64,000 nt of DNA from a virus (lineage: Duplodnaviria; Heunggongvirae; Uroviricota; Caudoviricetes), in IMG/VR virus record IMGVR_UViG_3300029288_003766, positions 89,787 through 153,786 of that record, one strand, 5' to 3'. Of the stretch, positions 32,201 through 40,145 are shown piece after piece (the stretch's first letter is position 1; every line of letters begins with the position of its first letter). The notes below the pieces were generated by a model. The model had not been told where the DNA came from, ran no database searches, and worked only from the letters and a program-made list of their open reading frames with translations. A program made the translations under genes and the position numbers.

Positions 32201-33162
32201 ATGATATATCAACTGAGAAGAACCATAACTTTGCATTAAGTTGTGGTATTTTTGTTCATAACTCTAGGGCATTGAATTTAGATTCCACGGCTCCTAATTA
32301 TCTTGATCGGTTCAATGCTATGGCCGGGGCGGAAGACCTCATATTCCCGGTTTGGGGAGATGCAAATAATCTGACAGTAGAAACTCTTGGTGGAGAAACC
32401 GATATTCGTTGGATTGCTGACGTTAACAAATTAGAGGATCAGCTTATCACTGCTCTTAAGGTACCAAAACAACTTTTGGCTGGTTTCTCAGGTGAGGGCG
32501 GAGGCGGATTTGAAGGAGGTACAGCTCTTGAGCGTATGGATATTAGGTTCTCTAGACAAGCACGTAGAGTACAGCGATCTATAATCAGTGGCCTAACCCG
32601 TATGGCTCAGATTCATTTGGCCTACCAGGGTATGGATCCAGATCTTAGCCTTTTCCAGATCCATATGGCCGAGACCTCAAGTGCAGAGGAAGTGGAACTA
32701 CAGGATTCTCTTGGCAAATCAGTTGATGCTACTAGAGCCTTTTATGATATGTTGGTTGAGATGATAGGAGTAGATCTGGACAAAAAGACCTTGGTCAAAT
32801 ACATGAATGAGAAGTTTTGGAAGCTATCAGACCTCGATATTGAAACATTATATTTAGAGGGGGATGCTGCAGCTCTCCAACCAGATCAGCGGGATATGCC
32901 TGTTGCGGGTGTTGAGGGTCCTGGTGCTGGTGAAGAAATTCCACCAGAGGAAGGAGAGGCTCCTCCTGAGACACCCGAAGTAGGAGCAGAAGAAGCCCCC
33001 GCAGGGGCACCTGCAGCTCCTAACCCATTTAGGGAAAATTTGTCTATAAGTGATTTAAAGAGTCCTTTGCCTTGCCATAAGTCTGGCCAGATATGGGAAA
33101 GTACGTGGAAGGATATTCCGATTAATATAATAAATACTCCGTTGAACGAAGGCTCTAAATAA
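29203..33162 (+). CDS. portal protein (T4 gp20-like) with two inteins
   Basis: Position between terL and head genes; exteins with FGDMFVEI, WDQVHFRL, YGTSILADALPVWKRLRLAEDSIMIARI, DLIFPV, ETLGG, LKVPKQLL, DIRFSRQARRVQ. Confidence 0.85.
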   Translation: MDIWEGIKINILKFLRGKLVPPRTPVTPAEVKAVVGNKDNSELFRTYGITNDALRQVIADQNLIIYERSSIYQVVDRSLCFTGDTKVALLDGRDIEIKQLVEEFNQGKVNYVYSIDNVGRRLVRSPIKWVGKTGTKEIIKVVLDDGSEIKCTPNHLFMLRDGSYKEAKDLQHDESLMPLYRYIDNYKRKGYWRIYNPFNQHINKEKEYCVQYLYFNKDRPKGTIVHHAFKNFYDFNQNKLDDTPDNHQIITKSEHNSIHADLHPKQSWMIILKTTNYAKYLEWCRNISISRIAKKIPTWQTGLTKETDERLSKLSKKMTGVKYPEERTFNSVVTQLQNKRGISREEAIKIYQFNRTNILCPICGKLMDPHRKTCSYECKYEKQRIDKITPWNKGLKNHKVKEIIQLDVVEDVYDLTVEPYHNFALTAGVFVHNCHALMSAACVAFADCATIRSPLHGSTVWVTSDNKEYRYQLEKMLDVINIEEVIYDWAWTCAAFGDMFVEIFGEPGVGIVCVNDDNHPINVSRVDHNGRLVGFFQTPLGYATSDTRKLLAPWDQVHFRLLGAKKRRPLYQDQQYSEFRTISIMTPDARRLTSKYGTSILADALPVWKRLRLAEDSIMIARIMKSPQRFLFKVVIPDDNSNAEAVANLVDQYQAEIKRCLVGDTKIALLNNTNPTIREMAENKEKYIGKYVYSINPITKAIEPDKIVDVVKTVVDATVMRVHLDNEEYVDCTPDHRFMMRDGSFKEAKDLTRGYSLMPLYMRINDERRRKVFNPKTGKFSLVYKLVSECIDGKTPTDCVVHHENENKLDDDPSNLKIVTKHDHMSIHHLFKDKIITKHGTNEAWNKGLTKETDERVAKYAKTVGEVQRDLYALGLKKVWNKGLTKEEDPRMRIISEKVKESNPMGRPEVRANASKSKMGNHNKPRVLRETRICQCGCDGTFECKSNSEQTYIHNHHRKNKRNSLDHNQKIAFAHSKHEHAVVNHKVVRVEVLPYTIDTYDISTEKNHNFALSCGIFVHNSRALNLDSTAPNYLDRFNAMAGAEDLIFPVWGDANNLTVETLGGETDIRWIADVNKLEDQLITALKVPKQLLAGFSGEGGGGFEGGTALERMDIRFSRQARRVQRSIISGLTRMAQIHLAYQGMDPDLSLFQIHMAETSSAEEVELQDSLGKSVDATRAFYDMLVEMIGVDLDKKTLVKYMNEKFWKLSDLDIETLYLEGDAAALQPDQRDMPVAGVEGPGAGEEIPPEEGEAPPETPEVGAEEAPAGAPAAPNPFRENLSISDLKSPLPCHKSGQIWESTWKDIPINIINTPLNEGSK
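29440..30501 (+). mobile_element. portal intein 1 with HNH endonuclease (354 aa)
   Basis: CFTGDTKVALLDG start, CTPNHLF block B, IVHH...NKLDDTPDNHQIITKSEHNSIH, ends VYDLTVEPYHNFALTAGVFVHN/C. Confidence 0.93.
31180..32262 (+). mobile_element. portal intein 2 with HNH endonuclease (361 aa)
   Basis: CLVGDTKIALL start, CTPDHRF block B, VVHHENENKLDDDPSNL...HMSIH, ends TYDISTEKNHNFALSCGIFVHN/S. Confidence 0.93.
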
Positions 33163-33878
33163 TGCCTAATCATGTTATTAACATATTAACCTTAGAAGGT
33201 CCTTTGTCTAGGGTGAAAGAGATTTTCCGGGCCATCTCACCAGGTCCCTCCCAAGAAGAATTGGCTACTGAGGTCGATAGTCCTACAGAGCCTGGTGGGC
33301 CTTTATTCAAACCAGCTACGAAAGCTAACCTTGCTAAAAGAAGAGAAGGCCGCTATGAGATTGATTTTGAAAAGATAATACCAATGCCTAAAAACATATA
33401 TAGAGGGGATGTAGGTAGCCGGGAAGAAGAGATATATGGTAGAGATAATTGGTACCATTGGAACACTAACAATTGGGGAACAAAGTGGAACGCCTATGAT
33501 ATGTCAAAGATTGATGACTATACTATGACATTTAACACGGCTTGGGCAATGCCAGAGCGGGTGATCAAAGCATTAAGCAAGATGTTTCCTGATGTTGTGG
33601 TAAAGATAAAATGGGCTGATGAGGATATAGGAAGCAACTGTGGTGAGATTCATTATAGAAATGGTGGAGAGATATTTGAGGATACTCCAGAAGATCGAAG
33701 CAAAGAGGCATATGAATTAGCTTTTGAAATAAACGGTGGAGGGGAATATTATACATATGATAAAGACAAAGGCACATATATTTACAAGGAAAATGAATCA
33801 AGAGTGAGCATATATCAAGCTACAGCGGATTTGAAGAATATTTTTGAGCGAATATCTGATTTGAATGAGGCTAAATGA
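33162..33878 (+). CDS. YubB/DUF1281-like ferredoxin-fold protein with an internal FKPA tag and a vestigial C-terminal leader copy
   Basis: MPNHVINILTLEG...IDFEKIIPMP...NWYHWNTNNWGTKWNAYD...FNTAW; insert GGPLFKPATKANLAKRRE. Confidence 0.75.
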   Translation: MPNHVINILTLEGPLSRVKEIFRAISPGPSQEELATEVDSPTEPGGPLFKPATKANLAKRREGRYEIDFEKIIPMPKNIYRGDVGSREEEIYGRDNWYHWNTNNWGTKWNAYDMSKIDDYTMTFNTAWAMPERVIKALSKMFPDVVVKIKWADEDIGSNCGEIHYRNGGEIFEDTPEDRSKEAYELAFEINGGGEYYTYDKDKGTYIYKENESRVSIYQATADLKNIFERISDLNEAK

Positions 33879-34576
33879 GCATATACCAAGACACCGTAGA
33901 GTTGAAGAAAATGTTTGAACAAGGTGTGATGCCTTATTCTCCCGATGAAAATCTTATCAGCCATGAAACATTGGCTGGTACCTCTTTAAAGAATAAGCCT
34001 ATAGAAACTGATGTTGATGAGGCAGAAGAAATTATATTCAAAGCTGCTAGTGCTGATAACTTGTTTAATCGTGGAATGGGTGGCGATGACACAGTTTCAC
34101 TATATAATGATGGTATTGTTGTTGCAGTAGTAAGAAACGAGAGATTGATTAAATACTATCTTAGGGCAATTCGTCGTAAATATTTTATACCACTAAGTAA
34201 GGAAGAAATATCTAAAATTAATGTACTTCCTACTGATATAAATAGAAAATTTTTTAAATCTTCCGATAAAGAAGCAAAAGCAGTTATTGCACTTCCAATT
34301 AAAATGTTTAAATTAGTTAATGAAGCTGAAGAAGCTAATCCTATTTTTAAAACAGCTTCTAAAGAAAATCTTGCTAAAAGAAAAGAACAGCGTGAGTTGC
34401 GAAGATATTATTTTAGTATAACTTTAAATGGTGTAGGATTTGATCCCGATGAAGCTTGGGAAGAAGCTTTAGAGGGTTTTGCACAAGATCCTGGTGGATT
34501 CGGTCCTGATGAGATAACTAAATCAGTTAAGGTTGACCCAGATACGTTTGAAGATTTGCCTGAAAGAAAAATATGA
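33875..34576 (+). CDS. leader-family protein with two internal tags
   Basis: MSIYQDTVELKKMFE; EAEEIIFKAAS; EANPIFKTASKENLAKR. Confidence 0.8.
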   Translation: MSIYQDTVELKKMFEQGVMPYSPDENLISHETLAGTSLKNKPIETDVDEAEEIIFKAASADNLFNRGMGGDDTVSLYNDGIVVAVVRNERLIKYYLRAIRRKYFIPLSKEEISKINVLPTDINRKFFKSSDKEAKAVIALPIKMFKLVNEAEEANPIFKTASKENLAKRKEQRELRRYYFSITLNGVGFDPDEAWEEALEGFAQDPGGFGPDEITKSVKVDPDTFEDLPERKI

Positions 34577-35028
34577 GCTTAGATAAAGATATAACAGAGA
34601 TTAAGAAAGTATTTAAAGATATTGAAACATACACGCGTTTCCCGGCTCGGTTTATTAAAAATCCGATAAAGGAAAATATTCTTGTGCAAAATGTTATAAG
34701 TAAGTCACATGACTATCCAATTGGTTTATTCTGGTATGACATTGAAAATGATTCATTGGACTATGAGCCATTCGTAAAGGGCATGTACCACACAGATACT
34801 AAAGGGTATGAGAAGAACGCTAAAAATCCTTTAGTGTTAAGGGGCCGAGTATTTAAAGATGGAGATAAAAACTACATCATTGTTTATCCAAGTGACTTCA
34901 AATCATTTAATTTTGCTATACCAAAACTTCCATCGCTACTTAATAAAGTATCAGCAGATTCCAATTTACTCATAAGCGGTATTGTAGATGAGGGTGGGTC
35001 TAATCTCTTAGAGCGAAAGAAAATATGA
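34573..35028 (+). CDS. leader-family protein (leader only)
   Basis: MSLDKDITEIKKVF. Confidence 0.8.
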   Translation: MSLDKDITEIKKVFKDIETYTRFPARFIKNPIKENILVQNVISKSHDYPIGLFWYDIENDSLDYEPFVKGMYHTDTKGYEKNAKNPLVLRGRVFKDGDKNYIIVYPSDFKSFNFAIPKLPSLLNKVSADSNLLISGIVDEGGSNLLERKKI

Positions 35029-35396
35029 GTCTATCTAAAGACATAACAGAGATCAAAAAAGTATTTGAAGCTGATGAACCTATCTTTAAACCAGCCAGTC
35101 CAGAAAATATAGGCAAGAGAAAAGAAGAACGTGAGAGAGAACTGGCTAAACAACCTATTATTCCTGTTGATCAGGAAGCATATGATTTGGATGTGAAGGC
35201 TTGGGAGTCATTAAATAAGTTGAAGCGCAGGATAGAATATCTACGAGCTCATTATAATGTAGACCAATGCAAGTGTAGTTGGGAACGTATAGAACTGGCT
35301 GGTGAGGATATAGAGCAATGTGATATACCAGGAGAGAGTGGATGTGCTGATAGATATTGTTTGCGATGTGGTGGTTGGGTAGATACTACTTATTAA
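35025..35396 (+). CDS. leader-family protein with Cys-rich payload
   Basis: MSLSKDITEIKKVFEADEPIFKPASPENIGKR; CKC...CADRYCLRC. Confidence 0.8.
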   Translation: MSLSKDITEIKKVFEADEPIFKPASPENIGKRKEERERELAKQPIIPVDQEAYDLDVKAWESLNKLKRRIEYLRAHYNVDQCKCSWERIELAGEDIEQCDIPGESGCADRYCLRCGGWVDTTY

Positions 35397-35401
35397 TGAC
35401 T

Positions 35402-35875
35402 ATGAGCCTAGAGACTGACATTACGATTATTAAGCGATTGATTGAAACAAATGAACCTGTGTTCAAGGCGGCTACCCCGGAGCAACAGGCAAAGCGTAAA
35501 GAAGAACTGCTTAGCAGGCCTATGTATAAATATGGGCAAGATCTACTTTGGATGGTGAGGAAAAATTTTCGTAATCTTATTATATTCTCAGAGATAAATG
35601 AAGAGGGAGACTTTGTTATAGAGGGGCGTGTAATTGGTGAGCCACATAAAAAGGTTACGGGCCCAATTTGGCAGGAGGAGAATGGAGTTCGCAAACCTAT
35701 ACGCTATGTACCTTTTGCAATATGGCTACATACAGATGGTATGCTTATGATTCTTACCGATGTGTATAGTTATAAAGAGGGGATACTATGTTCATATGAT
35801 GATTTTAACTGGCCGCCAAAAGAAAATATAATTGATAGGCTTAAAAATTTTATGTCTACTCAGGAGTATAAATGA
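35402..35875 (+). CDS. leader-family protein
   Basis: MSLETDITIIKRLIETNEPVFKAATPEQQAKR (start re-called at 35402). Confidence 0.8.
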   Translation: MSLETDITIIKRLIETNEPVFKAATPEQQAKRKEELLSRPMYKYGQDLLWMVRKNFRNLIIFSEINEEGDFVIEGRVIGEPHKKVTGPIWQEENGVRKPIRYVPFAIWLHTDGMLMILTDVYSYKEGILCSYDDFNWPPKENIIDRLKNFMSTQEYK

Positions 35876-36621
35876 GTTTGGAAAAAGACACATCAGAGAT
35901 CAAGAAGCTTGTAGAGGCTAAACCAATTTTCAAAGCCGCTACATCTCAGCAGATAGCTAAAAGGCCGGCTCCCGCAACACGGCCGTTTTATATTGACTTT
36001 GAAACTTGGGTGATCCAGGCTAAGGATGAGAGTGATGCTTTTTTTAGAGCTCGTAAATATATTGCTGCCGGGGTAGTTCCCGATATTGCACAAGCCTCAG
36101 ATGCCTCTGATATGGATATTACTGATGATCGTCTGGGTGATTTTATAAAACTTAGAGTCTCAGGTAAGCCTGAGTTGGGTGGTATGGGTGAGATCCCAGT
36201 GATTGAAGCTAAGCCAGTATTTAAGGCCGCTAGCTCACATAATCTCGCTAAAAGAAAAGAAGAGCGAGATAAAATTTCTCCAACAGATGATACTGTGATT
36301 ACTATCGAAACTGAGTACGGTATACCCATCAGTTTTCTTATAGAAGAATGTTTGAACAAGACTTATTTAGATGCTCAGGGAGATGAAGAAAAAGTAGAGC
36401 GTATGTTTGTTACATCAGGTTTTCATTTGGTTAAAAGAGAGATCAAATCACTAATTGGTGAACTGCCTATACAGCTATTATTAGTTAAGTTTAATGGTAC
36501 CGACAGCGGTAATTGGTCGCATGGTTTTGCTCTCTATTATGTTAAGTTGATGGGAAAGGTAAAAGACTTGAAACAGATTGCTAACGAGGACCAGAATATG
36601 TACTACGATTGGGAAGAATAA
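35872..36621 (+). CDS. leader-family protein, two tagged units
   Basis: MSLEKDTSEIKKLVEAKPIFKAAT; internal VIEAKPVFKAAS. Confidence 0.8.
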   Translation: MSLEKDTSEIKKLVEAKPIFKAATSQQIAKRPAPATRPFYIDFETWVIQAKDESDAFFRARKYIAAGVVPDIAQASDASDMDITDDRLGDFIKLRVSGKPELGGMGEIPVIEAKPVFKAASSHNLAKRKEERDKISPTDDTVITIETEYGIPISFLIEECLNKTYLDAQGDEEKVERMFVTSGFHLVKREIKSLIGELPIQLLLVKFNGTDSGNWSHGFALYYVKLMGKVKDLKQIANEDQNMYYDWEE

Positions 36622-36947
36622 TGAGCATAGAACGAGACACATCAGAATTGAAGAGAATGTTTGAACAAGAAGTACCGTTTAGCGGTAGCCTTTGGGGGCC
36701 TCACCCTCCAAGTAAAACTATGGTTAAGCAGGATACTGCCAAGAGGATCCCGATTGTTAAAAGCAATTGGGATTATGAGGTTACACCAGCGCCAGTTGGC
36801 AATTATGGCTATACGTTGGCTATTTATAAAAACGGCTACCAGGTATTCAAACAGTCTGGCTTTGGTGCAGAAAGCTCGGCTGCTGTTGCAGCCCGAGATT
36901 ATGTTCTGGGAAAAGAGTTTGGTATAGAACAAGAAGACCAAGAATGA
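36621..36947 (+). CDS. leader-family protein (leader only)
   Basis: MSIERDTSELKRMFEQ (start re-called at 36621). Confidence 0.75.
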   Translation: MSIERDTSELKRMFEQEVPFSGSLWGPHPPSKTMVKQDTAKRIPIVKSNWDYEVTPAPVGNYGYTLAIYKNGYQVFKQSGFGAESSAAVAARDYVLGKEFGIEQEDQE

Positions 36948-37705
36948 GCCTAGAAACCGATATTACAATTATTAAGCGATTAGTTGAGGCCCAGCCGATA
37001 TTCAAATCAGCTAGCCCTCAGCAAATACAGAACAGATATGCTGAGAGGATCAGGCAAGAAGAGGAAGCTAAGAGGAGACGTGAACAAGAACGGTTAGATA
37101 AAGAAGAAAGAGCTGCTAGAGCAAAGGTAGAGGCCAAAGACAAAATGATGAGAGCTTTAAGACTTCTGGGTATGACTAAGGTTGAACATAATCCAGATGA
37201 TTGGACTGTTCGTTGCACAGGTAGTAATCAAGCAGGGGAACAGATATCTATGCAGTTATATGGTGATCGTATAACTGTAAATGGAAGATATCCATATAGC
37301 AGCAGAGAGCATTATACTGGTGATGTATACGACCCTGAGAATAATAACAATAAACTTGAACGGCCGGAGATAACTATCTCAGCTGGGAAAACACCTGAGC
37401 AAATGGTTAGGGATATTCAGCGAAGGTTTACTCCTTTTCATCAGAGATATCATACATTGGCCAAGAAGAAAGCTGAGGCTGATGATGCTTATGAGTATGA
37501 AACTACTTCAAATTTGGCGGCTATAAAAGGTTCTAAGCTTAGCGAGTATGAGGAAAAAGAAAGAAGGATTTCGATTAGTTCTAGAGATGATGGAGTTTAC
37601 GGCCATGTTAAAGTAAGTGGATCTTCTGTAAGTATGGAGATTAATGGCCTTACAGTAGATCAGGCTAAGAGAATAACGGCAGTAATAAAAGGAAGAGTAA
37701 GATGA
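36944..37705 (+). CDS. leader-family protein
   Basis: MSLETDITIIKRLVEAQPIFKSASPQQIQNR. Confidence 0.8.
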   Translation: MSLETDITIIKRLVEAQPIFKSASPQQIQNRYAERIRQEEEAKRRREQERLDKEERAARAKVEAKDKMMRALRLLGMTKVEHNPDDWTVRCTGSNQAGEQISMQLYGDRITVNGRYPYSSREHYTGDVYDPENNNNKLERPEITISAGKTPEQMVRDIQRRFTPFHQRYHTLAKKKAEADDAYEYETTSNLAAIKGSKLSEYEEKERRISISSRDDGVYGHVKVSGSSVSMEINGLTVDQAKRITAVIKGRVR

Positions 37706-37986
37706 GTATATATGATGATACCCAAGCGTTGAAGAAGATATTAGAGAGAGATTCTAATATTGGAGCTATTAAGTTTTCAGATCTGTCTGGTCCAGATAAT
37801 AAAAGCCGGTGTTGGTCAGTTGGTCGCGGGCTGCGTAAGTGTCATAAGTGTGATAAATATGCTAAATGTGATAGTAAGATAGTCAACCCTAAGTATGATG
37901 ATCTGATGGCCAGAAGAGCCGCGGCCTTAGAGAAACATCGCCAAGAGCTTGAAGCCTTGGATAATGAAATTGGCGGGATAGATTAA
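37702..37986 (+). CDS. leader-family protein (leader only) with Cys-rich payload
   Basis: MSIYDDTQALKKILE; CHKCDKYAKC. Confidence 0.75.
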   Translation: MSIYDDTQALKKILERDSNIGAIKFSDLSGPDNKSRCWSVGRGLRKCHKCDKYAKCDSKIVNPKYDDLMARRAAALEKHRQELEALDNEIGGID

Positions 37987-39089
37987 TGAGCCTTGAAGTC
38001 GACATCACAGCTATCAAAACATTATTAGAACAAGAAGAGCTTACATTTAAGCCAGCTACCTGGGGCCAAAGACAGAAGCGACAGGTTTTGGTTAATGATA
38101 ATCTTAAAAAAGAAATGGCTAAATATGGAGCAAGGTTTCCTATAGGTAGTGATGTTGTACTAAGGCTTGTTGATTCAGAAGGAGAACCACGCAGCCTAAT
38201 ACCTAAAGTAGGTAAGATAGATTTTTGGTTTATTGGACGGGATAGGATGGAAAGGGAACAAATGGTTTTTATGGATGTGGCGTGGAATAAAGAAAGTCAG
38301 GTACCGAATAATCCTATCTGGAACTCATCTCTAGGAGCAAATGTATTTGAGTATTGGCTATCTACTGGTGAGCTTATTATAACTCCTCCTAAGGTTCAGG
38401 AAGCCGGACAACCTATATTTAAAGCGGCCACACCCGAGCAGATAGCTAAAAGAGGAAACAATCCTATGCTTGAACCCAAGTGGAGTCCTTGGGGTGAGGT
38501 AGATGGCTGCACGACTATTACAACTGGAGTTTATTGGGTTTCCACTCCTAGCCATGGCGGGCTAATGATAGACAATAGGATTATTGGTGGGCTCCTAACT
38601 CCCGAGGCTATAAAAGAAGGAAGTTATTTTGGGGATAATGAGCGTCATTGGACTACCTATGAAGAAGATGAACAGTGCAATGTTGCTTTCTATGAACTTC
38701 AGGAGCGGGGAGTAAGCTTGATTCGGATATTTGGTAATGTCGACACTAAAGACAGTAGGATAAAAAGTCTTTCTAGGTGGCGCCCTGATTATCTTCGGTC
38801 TAGGGGCATAGAACCAGATCCTAAAGAAGTGGCTCAGCATGACACAATGGCCGAAGAAGATAAGATGCGCAAAGATAAACACCCGGATTTGATCACAGCA
38901 GCTCTAAGAGTAGAAGATAATCCAGATCAAACTCAGGTGTGGACAGCAGATGGGAAAAAATATATTGTTACAGGATATGATAGGGAGTTAAGGAATAGTC
39001 ATATAATATGGAGGGGCCCACGCTTGTCTAATGTTAAGATAATCAAGGATTTAGGTATGCGTGAAAGTAGGATAAATAAAGTATTATGA
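37986..39089 (+). CDS. leader-family protein, two units; second payload DUF7007-like (polyvalent-protein-associated)
   Basis: MSLEVDITAIKTLLE..LTFKPAT; VQEAGQPIFKAATPEQIAKR; WSPWGEVD...GVYWVSTPSHGG...YEEDEQ. Confidence 0.75.
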   Translation: MSLEVDITAIKTLLEQEELTFKPATWGQRQKRQVLVNDNLKKEMAKYGARFPIGSDVVLRLVDSEGEPRSLIPKVGKIDFWFIGRDRMEREQMVFMDVAWNKESQVPNNPIWNSSLGANVFEYWLSTGELIITPPKVQEAGQPIFKAATPEQIAKRGNNPMLEPKWSPWGEVDGCTTITTGVYWVSTPSHGGLMIDNRIIGGLLTPEAIKEGSYFGDNERHWTTYEEDEQCNVAFYELQERGVSLIRIFGNVDTKDSRIKSLSRWRPDYLRSRGIEPDPKEVAQHDTMAEEDKMRKDKHPDLITAALRVEDNPDQTQVWTADGKKYIVTGYDRELRNSHIIWRGPRLSNVKIIKDLGMRESRINKVL

Positions 39090-39409
39090 GTATAGACAAA
39101 GATGCTACAGAGATTAAGAAGTTGGTTGAGGCCATACCTGTGTTCAAAGCTGCGTCTCCAGAGCAGATAGCTGCTAGGCCAAAGGATACTGGTTGGGATT
39201 ATGAAAGCTTAAAAGCTAAACTACCTGATGATGTGCAATATATGCAAGATCTTGGTTTTATGGTAGAAATTGACCCCGGTGATGGTCATAGATTAGGTTT
39301 TTTCATCGGGGAAGATATATTTATGGTTGAAGATCTTCCTCATTTATTTAGAGGCATAATGGAATCAGCTCGTAAGTTATCTGATATGGTTAGAGGTCCA
39401 AAAATATGA
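39086..39409 (+). CDS. leader-family protein
   Basis: MSIDKDATEIKKLVEAIPVFKAASPEQIAARP. Confidence 0.8.
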   Translation: MSIDKDATEIKKLVEAIPVFKAASPEQIAARPKDTGWDYESLKAKLPDDVQYMQDLGFMVEIDPGDGHRLGFFIGEDIFMVEDLPHLFRGIMESARKLSDMVRGPKI

Positions 39410-39807
39410 GTCTAGAAAATGATATCACCCATATTAAAAATTCACTCTCAGAACAAGAAAACCCGGTGTTTAAGGCCGCTAGTCCAGAGCAGCTATCGAA
39501 AAGAGAGGAAGCTCGTAAAGCTGATATCCAGAGGCGGATTGCTGCCAATAAGCTTAAAGGTCCTCCTTGGGTAGGACACGAGAAAGGTATATGTCCACGA
39601 TGTGGTAGTGATAATATAGATTATACTGATACAGACGAAGATAGTAATTTTATATTTCACGAATTTACTTGTAGTGATTGTGGGGCTGATGGATATGAAG
39701 AATCTGTTGTAAGGTATAAAAGTAGTGTTATAGAAGAAGACCCAGATAAGAGAAATGTTTTAACATATGATGAGCACGGTAAACTTTTAAAACCACCATA
39801 CAGATGA
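39406..39807 (+). CDS. leader-family protein with Zn-ribbon payload
   Basis: MSLENDITHIKNSLSEQENPVFKAAS; CPRCGS...CSDCG. Confidence 0.8.
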   Translation: MSLENDITHIKNSLSEQENPVFKAASPEQLSKREEARKADIQRRIAANKLKGPPWVGHEKGICPRCGSDNIDYTDTDEDSNFIFHEFTCSDCGADGYEESVVRYKSSVIEEDPDKRNVLTYDEHGKLLKPPYR

Positions 39808-40145
39808 GCCTAGAAAAAGACATAACGATGATTAAGAGTATGCTTGAAGCTAAACCTATTTTTAAGCCTGCTTCCCAGAAACAAATAGCTAAGAGGCATG
39901 AAGGTACCCCTATTCTTACTGTTATCAGTGTTGCTTATTATGCTAGCGATGACCCATCTGATTTTACGCTTAAAGACATAACTGACCCGCAAGAAATGAA
40001 AGAGATGATTTTAGGCGGTGAAGAAGTATTGATAACGTACATTGATAGTAATGAACAAGGTGGCCGTAATTCTGATGTTCTTTCTGATCTTATGGATTAC
40101 GGTTTTAGAGTAGGTAGAGAAGTAATTTACCCGGAACAAGTATGA
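39804..40145 (+). CDS. leader-family protein
   Basis: MSLEKDITMIKSMLEAKPIFKPASQKQIAKR. Confidence 0.8.
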   Translation: MSLEKDITMIKSMLEAKPIFKPASQKQIAKRHEGTPILTVISVAYYASDDPSDFTLKDITDPQEMKEMILGGEEVLITYIDSNEQGGRNSDVLSDLMDYGFRVGREVIYPEQV

